Virus record (IMG/VR): IMGVR_UViG_3300001450_000028
Coordinates: 1 to 64,000 of that record
Strand: one strand, 5' to 3'
Source of the DNA: a virus
Length of the DNA stretch: 64,000 nucleotides
The notes under the pieces are model-generated. The model ran no database searches and was not told the DNA's origin. It saw only the letters and a program-made list of their open reading frames with translations. Made by a program: the position numbers and the translations under genes. Position 1 is the first letter of the stretch. Each line of letters opens with the position of its first letter. Positions 41,352 through 51,613 of this stretch are shown piece by piece.

Positions 41352-44300
41352 AGATACTTCATATCGCAGATGTACACTGGAGAGGATTGTCAAGGCACGA
41401 AGAGTATATTCTTTCGTTTAAAGATTTGTTTAAACAGGCAAAAAAGCTTAATCCTGACGTTATTTATGTTGGAGGTGACATTGTTCACTCTAAGACTCAA
41501 GGAATATCACCTGAACTAGTAGAAAACTTAGTTTGGTGGTTTAATGAGATGGCATCAATTGCACCGACACATATAATCTTAGGTAATCATGATGGTTTAA
41601 TTCATAACAAAGACAGACAAGATGCGATATCACCAATTATCAAAGCAATAGATAATAAAAATATCTTCTTATATAAAGATTCAGGTGTTTATCCAACAGG
41701 CATACCAGGTTTCGACTGGTGTGTCTTTTCTTGTTTTGATGAAGAAAATTGGTCAAAAGTAAAACCAACAAAAAATATATCAATTGCTCTTTTTCATGGT
41801 GCAGTAACTGGATCATTGACTGATATTGACTGGCAACTTGATGGTGAAGTACCTGTTAGTTTTTTTGACGCATTTGACTTTGGAATGTTAGGTGATATTC
41901 ACAAAACTCAGTTCTTAAACACAAAAAAGTCGGTTGCTTATTGTGGAAGCACAATTCAACAAAACTACGGAGAAGATCCAGAAAAAGGATTTTTACTGTG
42001 GGATATTAGATCAAGAGAGGACTTTGATGTAACCTTCCATCCAGTTAAAAATGACTATAAGTTTATTACAGTAGAATGGCGAGGAGATATTGAAAAAACA
42101 GTAAAAGCCTGCATGGAACATTCTAGGCAATCAAGATTTAGAATACGAGCTGAAAATGATTACATTACTCCGGCGCAGACCAGATCACTACAAAAAGCAT
42201 TAAAAAAGCTTAAAAATGCATCAGAAGTTGTATTTAAGATTGATAACTCATTTGCCAGTGAGAAAATAAAAGAAGGCGAAGCAACTTCTGTTAATCTAAG
42301 AGATCCTAAAGTAATGAAAGATCTTGTTCGCCAGTACTATGCTGGAGTTGGTGTCAAAGAACAAGAATGGACCCAACTAGACGAAATGACAAATAAGTAC
42401 TTGTCAGAAGTTACCCAAGAAAACTCTGATTTGAGAAATGTCAAATGGGGTGTCAGCAAGCTTAATTTTGATAATACTTTTTGTTATGGTAAGGGAAATA
42501 CAATAAACTTAGATAAGTTGCCAGGAATTACAGGTATTTTTGGTAAAAACGCAAGAGGTAAGTCTTCAATTATTGGAACTATAGCATACGGTTTATTTAA
42601 TTCTTCAGACAGAGGGTCTATTAAAAACATACACATTATCAACTCTAGAAAAAATAGTTGTAAAACAGAAGTTGATATTGTTGTAAATGGATCGCTTTTT
42701 AGAGTTGTTAGAGAAACATTGAAAAAAGTAACCAAGAACAATGTTTGGGCTCCAACCACGCTTAAGCTGTATCGAATAGACTCGGCAGGAAAAATACTAG
42801 AAGACTTAACAGAAGAACAAAGAAGAGAGTCTGAAAAGATACTAAGATCGATGATCGGTTCGCCTGAAGAATTTCATATGACTAGCCTGGCTTCGCAAGG
42901 CGAGATGAATACTTTTATAAAAGAAAAAGCGACATCTAGAAAAAATATATTATCTAACTTTTTAGATATGAGCGTCTTCGAATCAATGAACGACATAGCA
43001 AAGAAAGAATCTAGCGAACTAAGAACTGAATTAAAACAGTACACTCCATCTTGTGGCGGGTGGGCAAAAGCAATTAACGAGCTTAAAGAAACTAAAAAGA
43101 ATCGTCAAGATAGGCTAGACGTAGTCAATGCAGAAAAAAATGAAATTCAACTAAAAATTGAAAAACTTACAAAGGAACTTCATCAAAATGTAAAAGAAGA
43201 TTTTGTTTCTCTTTCAGAAGTTAAAAAATCAATTCTTTTAAAAGAAAGCCTTGAGTCTAAAATAGAAGAAAATCAAAGTTCTCTAGACAGCATGTCTGAC
43301 GAAATATTTGAGTCAGAGCAAAAAATATCTAAAATAGAAAACTTTATTACTTCTTTTGATATTGATGATATAAAGGAAAAACATTCAGCCTCAAAAGAGC
43401 TAGTAAAGACGCTTTGGGAAATCGAAGGACACTTTAAGGCAGAAAATGCAGAACTAACCAACATGGAAAAATCTGTTAAAAAATTGTTAGAAGTCCCTTG
43501 CGGCGACAGTTTTCCAGATTGTAAGTTTATTAAAGATTCTCACAGAGACAAAAGAAAGATAGAAGAAAAAAGACTTAAAGTTAATAAACTACAGTCTAAT
43601 ATTTTGGATTTAAAGTCTGCATATAAGAAAATTCAAAAAGAAAACTACGAAGAGAAAATAGAAAAGTATAACGCGATTGTTGAGAAAAAGTCCCGCCTAA
43701 TTTCAGACATATCTAATAGTAGAGTTCAGATACAGATACTTCAAAATAAAATATCTAATCTTGAAAAAGATCTTATTAAGGCCAAAAAATCTACAGAAGA
43801 GTTAGAATTAAGATTTAAATCACAAGATCAAGAAGACGACAAAAGCGGAATTAGTAGAATATTAGACATTAAAAAAGAAGACTTTAGAAAAAATGATCTG
43901 CAAAGAGTAAAACTAATTAAGTCTGTTGAAGCAACTAGACTTTCACTCTCTCAATCAATTAAGCAAAAAAAGAGATACGATGAGTTAAGTTCACAACTTA
44001 AAGTTCAAGATTTATTTATTCAGGCAACTTCTAAGAGAGGAATGCCTGTTCAAATAATCAATTCTTTACTTCCAAAAATTAATTTTGAAATATCTAAGAT
44101 ATTAAAAGGAGTTGTTGCTTTCACAGTTGTTCTTGAAGCTGATTTGGAATCTAATGCGATGGACGTATTTATTGACTATGGAGACTCAAAAAGAATAATT
44201 GAATTGGCATCTGGTATGGAAAAAATGATTTCTTCACTAGCAATTCGAGTCGCACTAATTAACATATCTTCGCTTCCTAAGACTTCAATGCTTATTATTG

Positions 44301-44482
44301 ACGAAGGCTTTGGTACTCTTGATGAAACAAACTTAGAAGCTTGTGGTAGACTACTCCAGTCTCTTAAGAAATGGTTTAAAAATATTATAATTATTTCTCA
44401 CATCGATGCAATTAAAGATGTTGTTGATCACACATTAGAGATAACTAAAACAGGCGTGGATTCTTATGTTAAGAGTATATAA
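41348..44482 (+). CDS. Fused Mre11/SbcD nuclease - Rad50/SbcC ATPase (gp47-gp46 fusion)
   Basis: Metallophosphoesterase motifs ADVH, GGDIVH, GNHD, HG, LGDIH. Then Walker A GKNARGKSS, Q-loop SQG, coiled coil, ASGME signature, IIDEGFGTLD, IISH. Confidence 0.92.
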   Translation: MKILHIADVHWRGLSRHEEYILSFKDLFKQAKKLNPDVIYVGGDIVHSKTQGISPELVENLVWWFNEMASIAPTHIILGNHDGLIHNKDRQDAISPIIKAIDNKNIFLYKDSGVYPTGIPGFDWCVFSCFDEENWSKVKPTKNISIALFHGAVTGSLTDIDWQLDGEVPVSFFDAFDFGMLGDIHKTQFLNTKKSVAYCGSTIQQNYGEDPEKGFLLWDIRSREDFDVTFHPVKNDYKFITVEWRGDIEKTVKACMEHSRQSRFRIRAENDYITPAQTRSLQKALKKLKNASEVVFKIDNSFASEKIKEGEATSVNLRDPKVMKDLVRQYYAGVGVKEQEWTQLDEMTNKYLSEVTQENSDLRNVKWGVSKLNFDNTFCYGKGNTINLDKLPGITGIFGKNARGKSSIIGTIAYGLFNSSDRGSIKNIHIINSRKNSCKTEVDIVVNGSLFRVVRETLKKVTKNNVWAPTTLKLYRIDSAGKILEDLTEEQRRESEKILRSMIGSPEEFHMTSLASQGEMNTFIKEKATSRKNILSNFLDMSVFESMNDIAKKESSELRTELKQYTPSCGGWAKAINELKETKKNRQDRLDVVNAEKNEIQLKIEKLTKELHQNVKEDFVSLSEVKKSILLKESLESKIEENQSSLDSMSDEIFESEQKISKIENFITSFDIDDIKEKHSASKELVKTLWEIEGHFKAENAELTNMEKSVKKLLEVPCGDSFPDCKFIKDSHRDKRKIEEKRLKVNKLQSNILDLKSAYKKIQKENYEEKIEKYNAIVEKKSRLISDISNSRVQIQILQNKISNLEKDLIKAKKSTEELELRFKSQDQEDDKSGISRILDIKKEDFRKNDLQRVKLIKSVEATRLSLSQSIKQKKRYDELSSQLKVQDLFIQATSKRGMPVQIINSLLPKINFEISKILKGVVAFTVVLEADLESNAMDVFIDYGDSKRIIELASGMEKMISSLAIRVALINISSLPKTSMLIIDEGFGTLDETNLEACGRLLQSLKKWFKNIIIISHIDAIKDVVDHTLEITKTGVDSYVKSI

Positions 44483-44735
44483 TATAAATGTAAATAGAGG
44501 TACCCAGAAGACTGCTGAAGACAACTTCTTTTGTGATATATGTGGTTTTATGTTATGCACACAGGAGGACTTTCAGATCAATTCTGAGTACTTCTGTTGC
44601 CATGAGTGTTATCTAACATTTGCAGAAAGTAGAAAAGAAAAATGGAAATCAGGATGGCGACCAAAAAAAGTTGACATTAACAAATACATTAAGCAAAGAA
44701 AACGTCTAATTACTATCAAAGGGAGAATTAAATGA
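44466..44735 (+). CDS. Small zinc-finger protein
   Basis: CDIC...CHEC, followed by W..GWRP. Confidence 0.65.
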   Translation: MLRVYNINVNRGTQKTAEDNFFCDICGFMLCTQEDFQINSEYFCCHECYLTFAESRKEKWKSGWRPKKVDINKYIKQRKRLITIKGRIK

Positions 44736-45112
44736 ATTTTCAAGACTACAATATCCTCAGTACTGTTATTAACGACACATTTGGCCAGTCATACGAAGCT
44801 GTACCTGGGTCGATGAAGTGCTCAGTTCAGATCACAGGCGAAGATCAGATAAAAATGACTTCGATGACTGTTGTAAACTTACTCACTAGATCAAACATGC
44901 AAGTTGCATCAAAAGAATCAGAAGCAGAACTTCAGAAGCTTACAAATGAGTGTCTAAAAAGAATAAAAAAAGATTTTAAAGCAGCATGCGGAAGAGCACT
45001 AAAGACAAAAAAAATCTCAAGCGATACTTCAGTAGAGTTAATTAATATGAATATTTACTCTGACAAAGGCACTGCTCTTGTAAGACAAGTTCACATGTTT
45101 GAAATAAGCTGA
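44732..45112 (+). CDS. Hypothetical protein upstream of terminase
   Basis: GGGAG RBS; preceded by CTAATTA (44706-12), a late-promoter-like variant. Confidence 0.65.
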   Translation: MNFQDYNILSTVINDTFGQSYEAVPGSMKCSVQITGEDQIKMTSMTVVNLLTRSNMQVASKESEAELQKLTNECLKRIKKDFKAACGRALKTKKISSDTSVELINMNIYSDKGTALVRQVHMFEIS

Positions 45113-45135
45113 GATAAGTCCTATGTATCTTCGCA

Positions 45136-46752
45136 ATGGCGAAATACAATAAACAGCTTCAAGTCAAAGAAATAATTAAATGTGGTAAAGATCCTAATTA
45201 TTTCTTTAAAAACTACTTGAAAATTCAACACCCTGTCAGGGGTCTTATTCCTTTTGAAACATATGACTTTCAAGATGATTGCACAGAAGACTTTTTAGAA
45301 AATAGATTTAATATTGTTTGCAAGTCTAGACAGTTAGGTCTATCTACACTTGTTGCTGCATACGCAGTGTGGATGGCAATATTTCAAAAAGAAAAAAATA
45401 TTCTTATTATTGCAACAAAATTAACTGTTGCACAAAATTTTATTACAAAGGTAAAGACTATGATCAAGTCTTTGCCAAAGTGGTTACTACTTCCTGATAT
45501 CGTTGAAAACAATAAACAAAAAATAAGATTTAGTCACGGATCAGAAATTAAAGCAGTACCCACGTCAGAAGACGCAGGTAGATCAGAAGCATTATCATTG
45601 CTTATTGTAGACGAAGCTGCATTTGTTAGAAACTTTGATACAATCTGGACTGGTATTTACCCTACTATCTCAACAGGTGGTAGGGTTATTATTTTGTCAA
45701 CACCCAATGGAGTCGGAGGTCAATATCACAAACTCTATGTTGATGCCGAGTCTGGCTTGAATGAATTTAATGCAATAAACTTACCATGGCAGGTTCACCC
45801 AGAGCGAGATGAAGAGTGGTTTGAAAAAACTACAAAAAACATGAATAAGCGGCAAATTGCACAAGAATTTCTCTGTGATTTTGCTACAAGTGGCGAGACA
45901 TTTTTAGATAACAATACACTTGAATGGATAAGATCTTGTGTTCAAAAGCCTATTGAAAGAGCAGGCCTAGACAGAAATGTATGGATTTGGAAGTATCCGC
46001 TATCTTCTCATGACTATGTTTTGTCTGCTGATGTTTCAAGAGGTGACTCAAAAGACTTTTCAACTTTTCACATAATAGATACAAATGAAAATGAAATCGT
46101 TGCTGAATATAAAGGAAAGATTAGGCCTGATACTTTTGCAGAGCTTATTAACGAATTTGGTCTCAAGTACAATAAAGCACTTGCTTGCCCAGAAAACAAT
46201 AGCTATGGTTACGCAACAATACTAAAATTACAAGAACTTCAATATCCTAAGATATATTATAGAAGAAAAAAGCAAGTTTATGTAGGCGATTATATTCCAC
46301 CTGCTTCTGCAGATGTTGGTGGGTTTACAACGTCAGGAAAGTCAAGAGCAACAATTCTTGCTAAACTGGAAGAAATTTTAAGAAACAGGCAGTTAACATC
46401 GTACTCTTCTAGATTTTATGAAGAATTAAAGGTGTTTACATGGAATACTGGTAGAGCACAAGCTCGTTCTGGGTTTAATGATGATCTTGTAATGAGCCTT
46501 GCAATTGGTTCCTGGCTTATTGATGGTTCGTCTGACTACTCAAAATCGACCGCCGGTTTAAACGAAGCTATGCTTAGTTCAATATCAAAAAGTAATAGAA
46601 GCTATAATGATATACCTGAGCAGGTTTTTGCGCCAATAGGTGTTTATGGCGGAGGAAAAAATTCAAATCATGGTGGAAATACGAAGCAAGACCTAAATAA
46701 AACAAAAAATCGCAGTATGATACCACATGATTATATGTGGGTTTTAAAGTAG
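45136..46752 (+). CDS. gp17: Terminase large subunit (T4 gp17-like)
   Basis: EIIKC..DP.YF, YDFQ, KSRQLGLST (Walker A), LLIVDEAAF (Walker B), STPNG, ADVSRG...DFS, and DDLVMSLA nuclease motif. Confidence 0.95.
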   Translation: MAKYNKQLQVKEIIKCGKDPNYFFKNYLKIQHPVRGLIPFETYDFQDDCTEDFLENRFNIVCKSRQLGLSTLVAAYAVWMAIFQKEKNILIIATKLTVAQNFITKVKTMIKSLPKWLLLPDIVENNKQKIRFSHGSEIKAVPTSEDAGRSEALSLLIVDEAAFVRNFDTIWTGIYPTISTGGRVIILSTPNGVGGQYHKLYVDAESGLNEFNAINLPWQVHPERDEEWFEKTTKNMNKRQIAQEFLCDFATSGETFLDNNTLEWIRSCVQKPIERAGLDRNVWIWKYPLSSHDYVLSADVSRGDSKDFSTFHIIDTNENEIVAEYKGKIRPDTFAELINEFGLKYNKALACPENNSYGYATILKLQELQYPKIYYRRKKQVYVGDYIPPASADVGGFTTSGKSRATILAKLEEILRNRQLTSYSSRFYEELKVFTWNTGRAQARSGFNDDLVMSLAIGSWLIDGSSDYSKSTAGLNEAMLSSISKSNRSYNDIPEQVFAPIGVYGGGKNSNHGGNTKQDLNKTKNRSMIPHDYMWVLK

Positions 46753-46761
46753 GAATTTTAA

Positions 46762-48738
46762 ATGGCAGAAAGTAGATCAAATATATTTCAAAGACTTACA
46801 CGACTTTTTAGGTCAGGACCGGTCGTTAAGCGAAATATTGTAAAAGCTGACGACAAATACACGTCATCAGCTTTTGAAATGTTTAGAAAAAATCAGAGCA
46901 AAGTTTATAGCAATGCTATGTCTGCGTATGGAACGTATGATAGGATGGCAAGATATTCAGATTTTAGTGAGATGGAGTATACTCCTGAAATAGGAAGTGC
47001 ATTAGACATATACGCAGAAGAGACAGCATCGGCAGATGAAAATGGTAAAGTTCTTCATATCCATTCTGACAATGTAAAAATTAAACAACTGCTTGATGAT
47101 CTTTTTTACGATACATTAAACGTTGAATTTAACATGACTTCTTGGATTAGAAACTTAGTTAAATACGGCGATCACTTTTTATTCAATGATGTGAGCCCAG
47201 AGCTAGGTGTCATTAATGCTTATCCGCTACCAATATCAGAAATTGAAAGAGAAGAGGGTTTTGACCCTAAAGATCCTATGGCAGTTCGTTTTAGGTGGGT
47301 AACACAAGGCAATCAAGTTTTAGAAAACTGGCAGATTTCACACATGCGTCTTTTAGGTAACGATGCTTTTATTCCATACGGCTCTTCTGTTTTAGAGCCT
47401 GCAAGAAGAATTTGGCGACAGTTAATCTTGCTAGAAGATGCAATGCTTGTTTACAGAATTGTTAGGGCACCAGAAAGACGTGTATTTAAGATTGATGTAG
47501 GCAATGTCCCTCCAGATGAAATTCCTGCTTACATGGAGCGTGCTCAATCATCACTCAAGAGAGCACCTATTGTAGACCAAGGTACAGGAAAAGTAGACTT
47601 AAGGTATAATCCACTCTCTGTCGATGAAGATTACTTTATACCTGTTCGAGGAAGTGAGTCTGGGACAGCTGTTGAGACTCTTGCAGGTGGTACAGTGGCA
47701 GGCGAGACTAACGATGTGGAATATATTCAGAAAAAGCTTTTTGCTGCTTTAAAAATACCAAAAGCTTATCTTGGGTACGACGAAGGACTAGGTGCAAAAG
47801 CTACACTTTCAATGGAAGACATTAGGTTTTCTAGAACAATTGCAAGAATACAGCGAACTGTGATTGCAGAAATGAACAAGCTTGCAATTATTCACCTGTA
47901 CTGCAATGGATTTACTGACACTGACCTCTTAGACTTCTCACTTACACTTTCAAATCCATCAACAATAGCACAACAACAAAAACTTGAATTGTTTAGATCT
48001 AAATTTGAAACTGCCGCCGCGGCATTAGGCAACCCTGGACTAGTTGATAAGCGCTGGGTTCAAAAAAATATATTAAGACTATCAGATGATGAAATTGCTC
48101 AAATCAAGAAAGGACAAAAGCTTGACAAGATTACAGAACTTGAAATAGAGTCAACTCAAATTTCTCAAGCAGAAGGACCTTCAAATCCTATGCCGGGTGG
48201 CGCTCCGCCAGAGATTGAGCAAACTATTGATTTAGGCTTCGGTCCGCCGGCACCCGGAGAAGGCGCACTTTCTGAATCTGACTCTGTTGAAGACATAGGT
48301 GTACCAATAAGAATACAAAATAAAATAGATAGTGTTACTTCTATGCTTGCAGAAGAAGAGTCTAAAGATGAAATTCTTACAGATGATGAAAAGCGAGAAA
48401 AGCTTAAACACGAATATGAAGAAAAAAGAAGAAAGCATCAAAGAAAACAACACGCAGAGTTTGCAGAAGATTTTACTACAATGAGAAGAGATGCAGGATC
48501 TAGAAGACAAAATGATGTAACAGGAATGCCGAGAGAGATGGATAGTTTAAAATCTATGGGAAACCTTAAGTTTGAAGACATAAATATAGATGACTATTTA
48601 GATAATAAAATTATTCAAAATGCTCAAATGACCAACAATATAAAATCTACCTTATCTAGACTAGATAATACTTATGGAAAACCTAAAAAATTCACAGGCG
48701 TTATCTCTGAGAACAATTCATCAGGGGAAGAAGAATGA
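46762..48738 (+). CDS. gp20: Portal protein (T4 gp20-like)
   Basis: PEIGSALDI, LLEDAMLVYRIVRAPERRVFKIDVGN, EDYFIPVRG, DVEYIQKKLFAALKIP, and EDIRF. Confidence 0.95.
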   Translation: MAESRSNIFQRLTRLFRSGPVVKRNIVKADDKYTSSAFEMFRKNQSKVYSNAMSAYGTYDRMARYSDFSEMEYTPEIGSALDIYAEETASADENGKVLHIHSDNVKIKQLLDDLFYDTLNVEFNMTSWIRNLVKYGDHFLFNDVSPELGVINAYPLPISEIEREEGFDPKDPMAVRFRWVTQGNQVLENWQISHMRLLGNDAFIPYGSSVLEPARRIWRQLILLEDAMLVYRIVRAPERRVFKIDVGNVPPDEIPAYMERAQSSLKRAPIVDQGTGKVDLRYNPLSVDEDYFIPVRGSESGTAVETLAGGTVAGETNDVEYIQKKLFAALKIPKAYLGYDEGLGAKATLSMEDIRFSRTIARIQRTVIAEMNKLAIIHLYCNGFTDTDLLDFSLTLSNPSTIAQQQKLELFRSKFETAAAALGNPGLVDKRWVQKNILRLSDDEIAQIKKGQKLDKITELEIESTQISQAEGPSNPMPGGAPPEIEQTIDLGFGPPAPGEGALSESDSVEDIGVPIRIQNKIDSVTSMLAEEESKDEILTDDEKREKLKHEYEEKRRKHQRKQHAEFAEDFTTMRRDAGSRRQNDVTGMPREMDSLKSMGNLKFEDINIDDYLDNKIIQNAQMTNNIKSTLSRLDNTYGKPKKFTGVISENNSSGEEE

Positions 48739-49598
48739 ACATTAAACACAATAAAAAAAGAAATATTGGTGTTGTATACGAATTGCTAATTCAACACATT
48801 ACAAGTTGCATTGTTGAGGGCGACAATAAGTCAGCAAAAATTGGAACAAGACTAATTGAAAAGCATTTTTCAAAAGAAAAAGAACTTTACAAAGAATTTA
48901 GATTGTTTAATGCACTTGTAAATTCAACAGTTAGTGATACACATATAGTTGCATCAATACTTTCAGAAGCAAAAAGAGCAGCAAGAAAAATTGACTATAA
49001 AAAACTTGAAAAAGAAAAATCAAATCTATTAAGAGATATTAACTACAAAATTAATAAAAAAGATTTTTTCTACCAGACAGTTTCAAACTATAGGCAATTA
49101 GGTTCAATACAAATAGCACTAAATGAATGGCGTAAGGACTCGCCGGACCTTGGGCGACTTATTGAATTTGAGAAAAAAATTGGAGAAAATCTTCTACTAG
49201 AAAAAACTAATAAAGATATAGTAGAAGTTAAAAACAATCTAGACGCTTCAAAGTCAGACAAGTTAATTCTTAAGCTAATGACAGAGAAAATTAACAAAAA
49301 GTATTCAAATCTTTCATCATCTGAGCGTGAAATTATTAGCAATTATGTTTTTTACTCTTCAAAAGAAGGCGACTACTTAAAATCTTATCTATCAGAAAAG
49401 AGAAAAGACGCTTTAAACCTTTTAGAAAACTTTGAAGACAAAGAAACAAATCAAATTTTGGTAGAAAAAGTAGGTAAAGTAAGAGACACTATTCAAAACA
49501 TTAGTGAGCAAGAAGTTAATGACGAAACCGTTATTAAATTTTTAACTATTACAAAGCTAATTAACGAACTCACTAAACAGGAGAATAAAAATGGCTGA
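48735..49598 (+). CDS. Conserved head-module hypothetical protein between portal and protease
   Basis: MNIKHNKKRNIGVVYELL; ATGA-coupled to portal and overlapping the protease start. Confidence 0.65.
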   Translation: MNIKHNKKRNIGVVYELLIQHITSCIVEGDNKSAKIGTRLIEKHFSKEKELYKEFRLFNALVNSTVSDTHIVASILSEAKRAARKIDYKKLEKEKSNLLRDINYKINKKDFFYQTVSNYRQLGSIQIALNEWRKDSPDLGRLIEFEKKIGENLLLEKTNKDIVEVKNNLDASKSDKLILKLMTEKINKKYSNLSSSEREIISNYVFYSSKEGDYLKSYLSEKRKDALNLLENFEDKETNQILVEKVGKVRDTIQNISEQEVNDETVIKFLTITKLINELTKQENKNG

Positions 49599-50214
49599 TT
49601 TAAAAGTACTTAGAGAGTGGCTTCCTATTACATGTGACAAAGAAGTCATTAAGGAAAATAAAGAAAAGTATGGAAAAGTAATGCTAAAAGGTATTATTCA
49701 AAGAGCAAATACTTTAAACCAGAATGGCCGTGTTTACCCAAAATCAATCCTTCAAAGAGAAATTGAAAACTATCAAAAGCTAATAAGAGAGAATAGAGCA
49801 CTAGGCGAATGCGATCACCCGGACTCTTCTGTTATTGAGTTAAAAAATGCGAGTCATGTAGTTAGAGAAGCATACATGCAAGGTGATGATGTCTACGGAA
49901 CAATCGAAGTGCTTAACACTCCTAGCGGTAAGATTATTCAAGAATTAATCGAATCAGGAATTACACTAGGTATTAGCTCAAGAGGCGTTGGTTCTACATC
50001 TTCACAAGGAAATACACAGGTAGTCCAGGATGACTTTCAACTAATATGTTTTGACATGGTTAGCGAGCCATCAACCCCTGGAGCTTTTATGGGACTTCAC
50101 GAAGGAAAAACAATCAAACCTAAAGAATTAAATAATTTCTTTAACAGGACAGACAGGATAGATAGAATTTTTAATGAAATTCTTACTTGGGGAAAAAATG
50201 AGCAAGATAAATAA
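49591..50214 (+). CDS. gp21: Prohead core protease (T4 gp21-like)
   Basis: NQNGRVYP, ALGECDHP, NASH, TPSGKI, GISSRGVGS, and FDMVSEPSTPGA. Confidence 0.95.
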   Translation: MADLKVLREWLPITCDKEVIKENKEKYGKVMLKGIIQRANTLNQNGRVYPKSILQREIENYQKLIRENRALGECDHPDSSVIELKNASHVVREAYMQGDDVYGTIEVLNTPSGKIIQELIESGITLGISSRGVGSTSSQGNTQVVQDDFQLICFDMVSEPSTPGAFMGLHEGKTIKPKELNNFFNRTDRIDRIFNEILTWGKNEQDK

Positions 50215-50734
50215 AAAATTACTTAAATCTATTGTAAAAGAATGTCTAGTTGAAATATTAGCAGAAGGTCTTGTGCAAGGCCAGGCAACTCCTGTTGAAA
50301 AGAAAAGATCTTTAAAGGAAACTGTTGAAAACACAGGAAGGGCACTTGGCAAAAAAAGAATAGATCCTAGATTAGGTAGAATGAATGAGGTACAACAAGC
50401 AAATCTTCAAAAGCGAGGAAGTTATTTAGACCAAGTAAGCTTTGGACAAAATAATTCAAAGCAAGCTCAAGAAGAACCATCTCAAAATAGAGCTAGCAAG
50501 CTTATATCTAGTGTAACTAAAGATCCAATTATGAGCGAAATTTTTGCAGACACCGCTGCTTCGACACTAAAAAGACAGGGTGCAGCTGAAAGAGGCGGTT
50601 CCCGCGGAGGAGGTGTTTCTATGCCTGCTGATGAAGCGGCAAGAATCGTAGAGGCATCTGACCCTATGGAGCTTTTTGGAAGTTCTGCAGGAAAATGGGC
50701 TGAAATGGCATTTGCTCCAAAATTAAATAGATAA
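50198..50734 (+). CDS. Hypothetical head-module protein
   Basis: ATG 50198 preferred (GGGG/GGA upstream); N-terminus MSKINKKLLKSIVKECLVEILAEG. Confidence 0.65.
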   Translation: MSKINKKLLKSIVKECLVEILAEGLVQGQATPVEKKRSLKETVENTGRALGKKRIDPRLGRMNEVQQANLQKRGSYLDQVSFGQNNSKQAQEEPSQNRASKLISSVTKDPIMSEIFADTAASTLKRQGAAERGGSRGGGVSMPADEAARIVEASDPMELFGSSAGKWAEMAFAPKLNR

Positions 50735-50749
50735 AAAATTAATTGCAAT

Positions 50750-50759
50750 ATATTTAGAT
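50750..50759 (+). promoter_or_regulatory. Putative late promoter ATAnTTA (ATATTTAGAT)
   Basis: Intergenic; identical to 30801-30810. Confidence 0.55.
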
Positions 50760-50782
50760 TGCAAACATTTTCTGGAGCCGCT

Positions 50783-51031
50783 ATGTCTAGACCCACAAAG
50801 CTTACAAAGTCAGTATTGAAAAGAATTATCAATGAAGAACGTCAAAAAATAATTGACCAAAAGAAAAAGATTAAAAACATAAAGCACTCAAAAGACATTA
50901 AGCGCCTTTATGAACTCAGAAAAGAATTAAAGACATTGTTACAGTTGAAAAAAGAACAAAAATTTCTTTTTGAAAGAATTAAAAAAATTCAAAAAAGAAC
51001 AAAAGTAATCTCAAAAAAGATTAAGGAGTAA
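50783..51031 (+). CDS. Small basic coiled-coil head-module protein
   Basis: GGAG RBS before ATG 50783; MSRPTKLTKSVLKRIINEE. Confidence 0.6.
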   Translation: MSRPTKLTKSVLKRIINEERQKIIDQKKKIKNIKHSKDIKRLYELRKELKTLLQLKKEQKFLFERIKKIQKRTKVISKKIKE

Positions 51032-51033
51032 CA

Positions 51034-51603
51034 ATGGCTGAAAAAGGCGATATATTAGTAGAACCAAAAATCGTAACTGCTGGAGGGCTAGGTAGAAGGT
51101 TTTCTGACAATTACACATCTGCTTACCCGTCATCACCAATATACGCAGGAGATATGACAGATGATGCTATTAGGCAAGTTTGGGCAGATGGAGTACAGTC
51201 AGAAGATCCAACTGATGCATTTGATGCGTACGGTTCGCCAGTTGCAAGCGGCGATGGAAACAGGTTTGATAGCTTTAATGTCGATTTTACTGGCACAACA
51301 GAAGATCCTGTACCTGATGTTGGTGGCAACACAGAAACTTTCGATGGAAAGGCTTTTGGTGACGGCCAAGGTGCCCCTACAACACCGTATATTCCGCCTT
51401 TAACATCCCCTGGCCCTGGGTCGCTATCTGCAACAGACCAGCCTGCCTTTACAGGAGCAACTCCAGACGCAGCACTTCAGTCTGAATTTGGATCTGGGTT
51501 GGGTGGTCTAGCTTCACCTCACGAAACGTCACCTGAGATTGCAACACAAGACACAGTTACTGCTCTAATTTCTGGCAGATCATACGCAACCTCAGCAGGT
51601 TAA
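51034..51603 (+). CDS. Hypothetical acidic Pro/Gly-rich head-module protein
   Basis: AAGGAG RBS; low-complexity sequence. Confidence 0.65.
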   Translation: MAEKGDILVEPKIVTAGGLGRRFSDNYTSAYPSSPIYAGDMTDDAIRQVWADGVQSEDPTDAFDAYGSPVASGDGNRFDSFNVDFTGTTEDPVPDVGGNTETFDGKAFGDGQGAPTTPYIPPLTSPGPGSLSATDQPAFTGATPDAALQSEFGSGLGGLASPHETSPEIATQDTVTALISGRSYATSAG

Positions 51604-51613
51604 ACGGATATTT

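Noticed and set aside
522-51403. Numerous short antisense or alternate-frame ORFs within long genes (e.g. 6598-, 20736-, 37230-, 38433-, 50482-)
   Set aside because: They are nested in or mostly overlap well-supported + strand genes and show no protein motifs.
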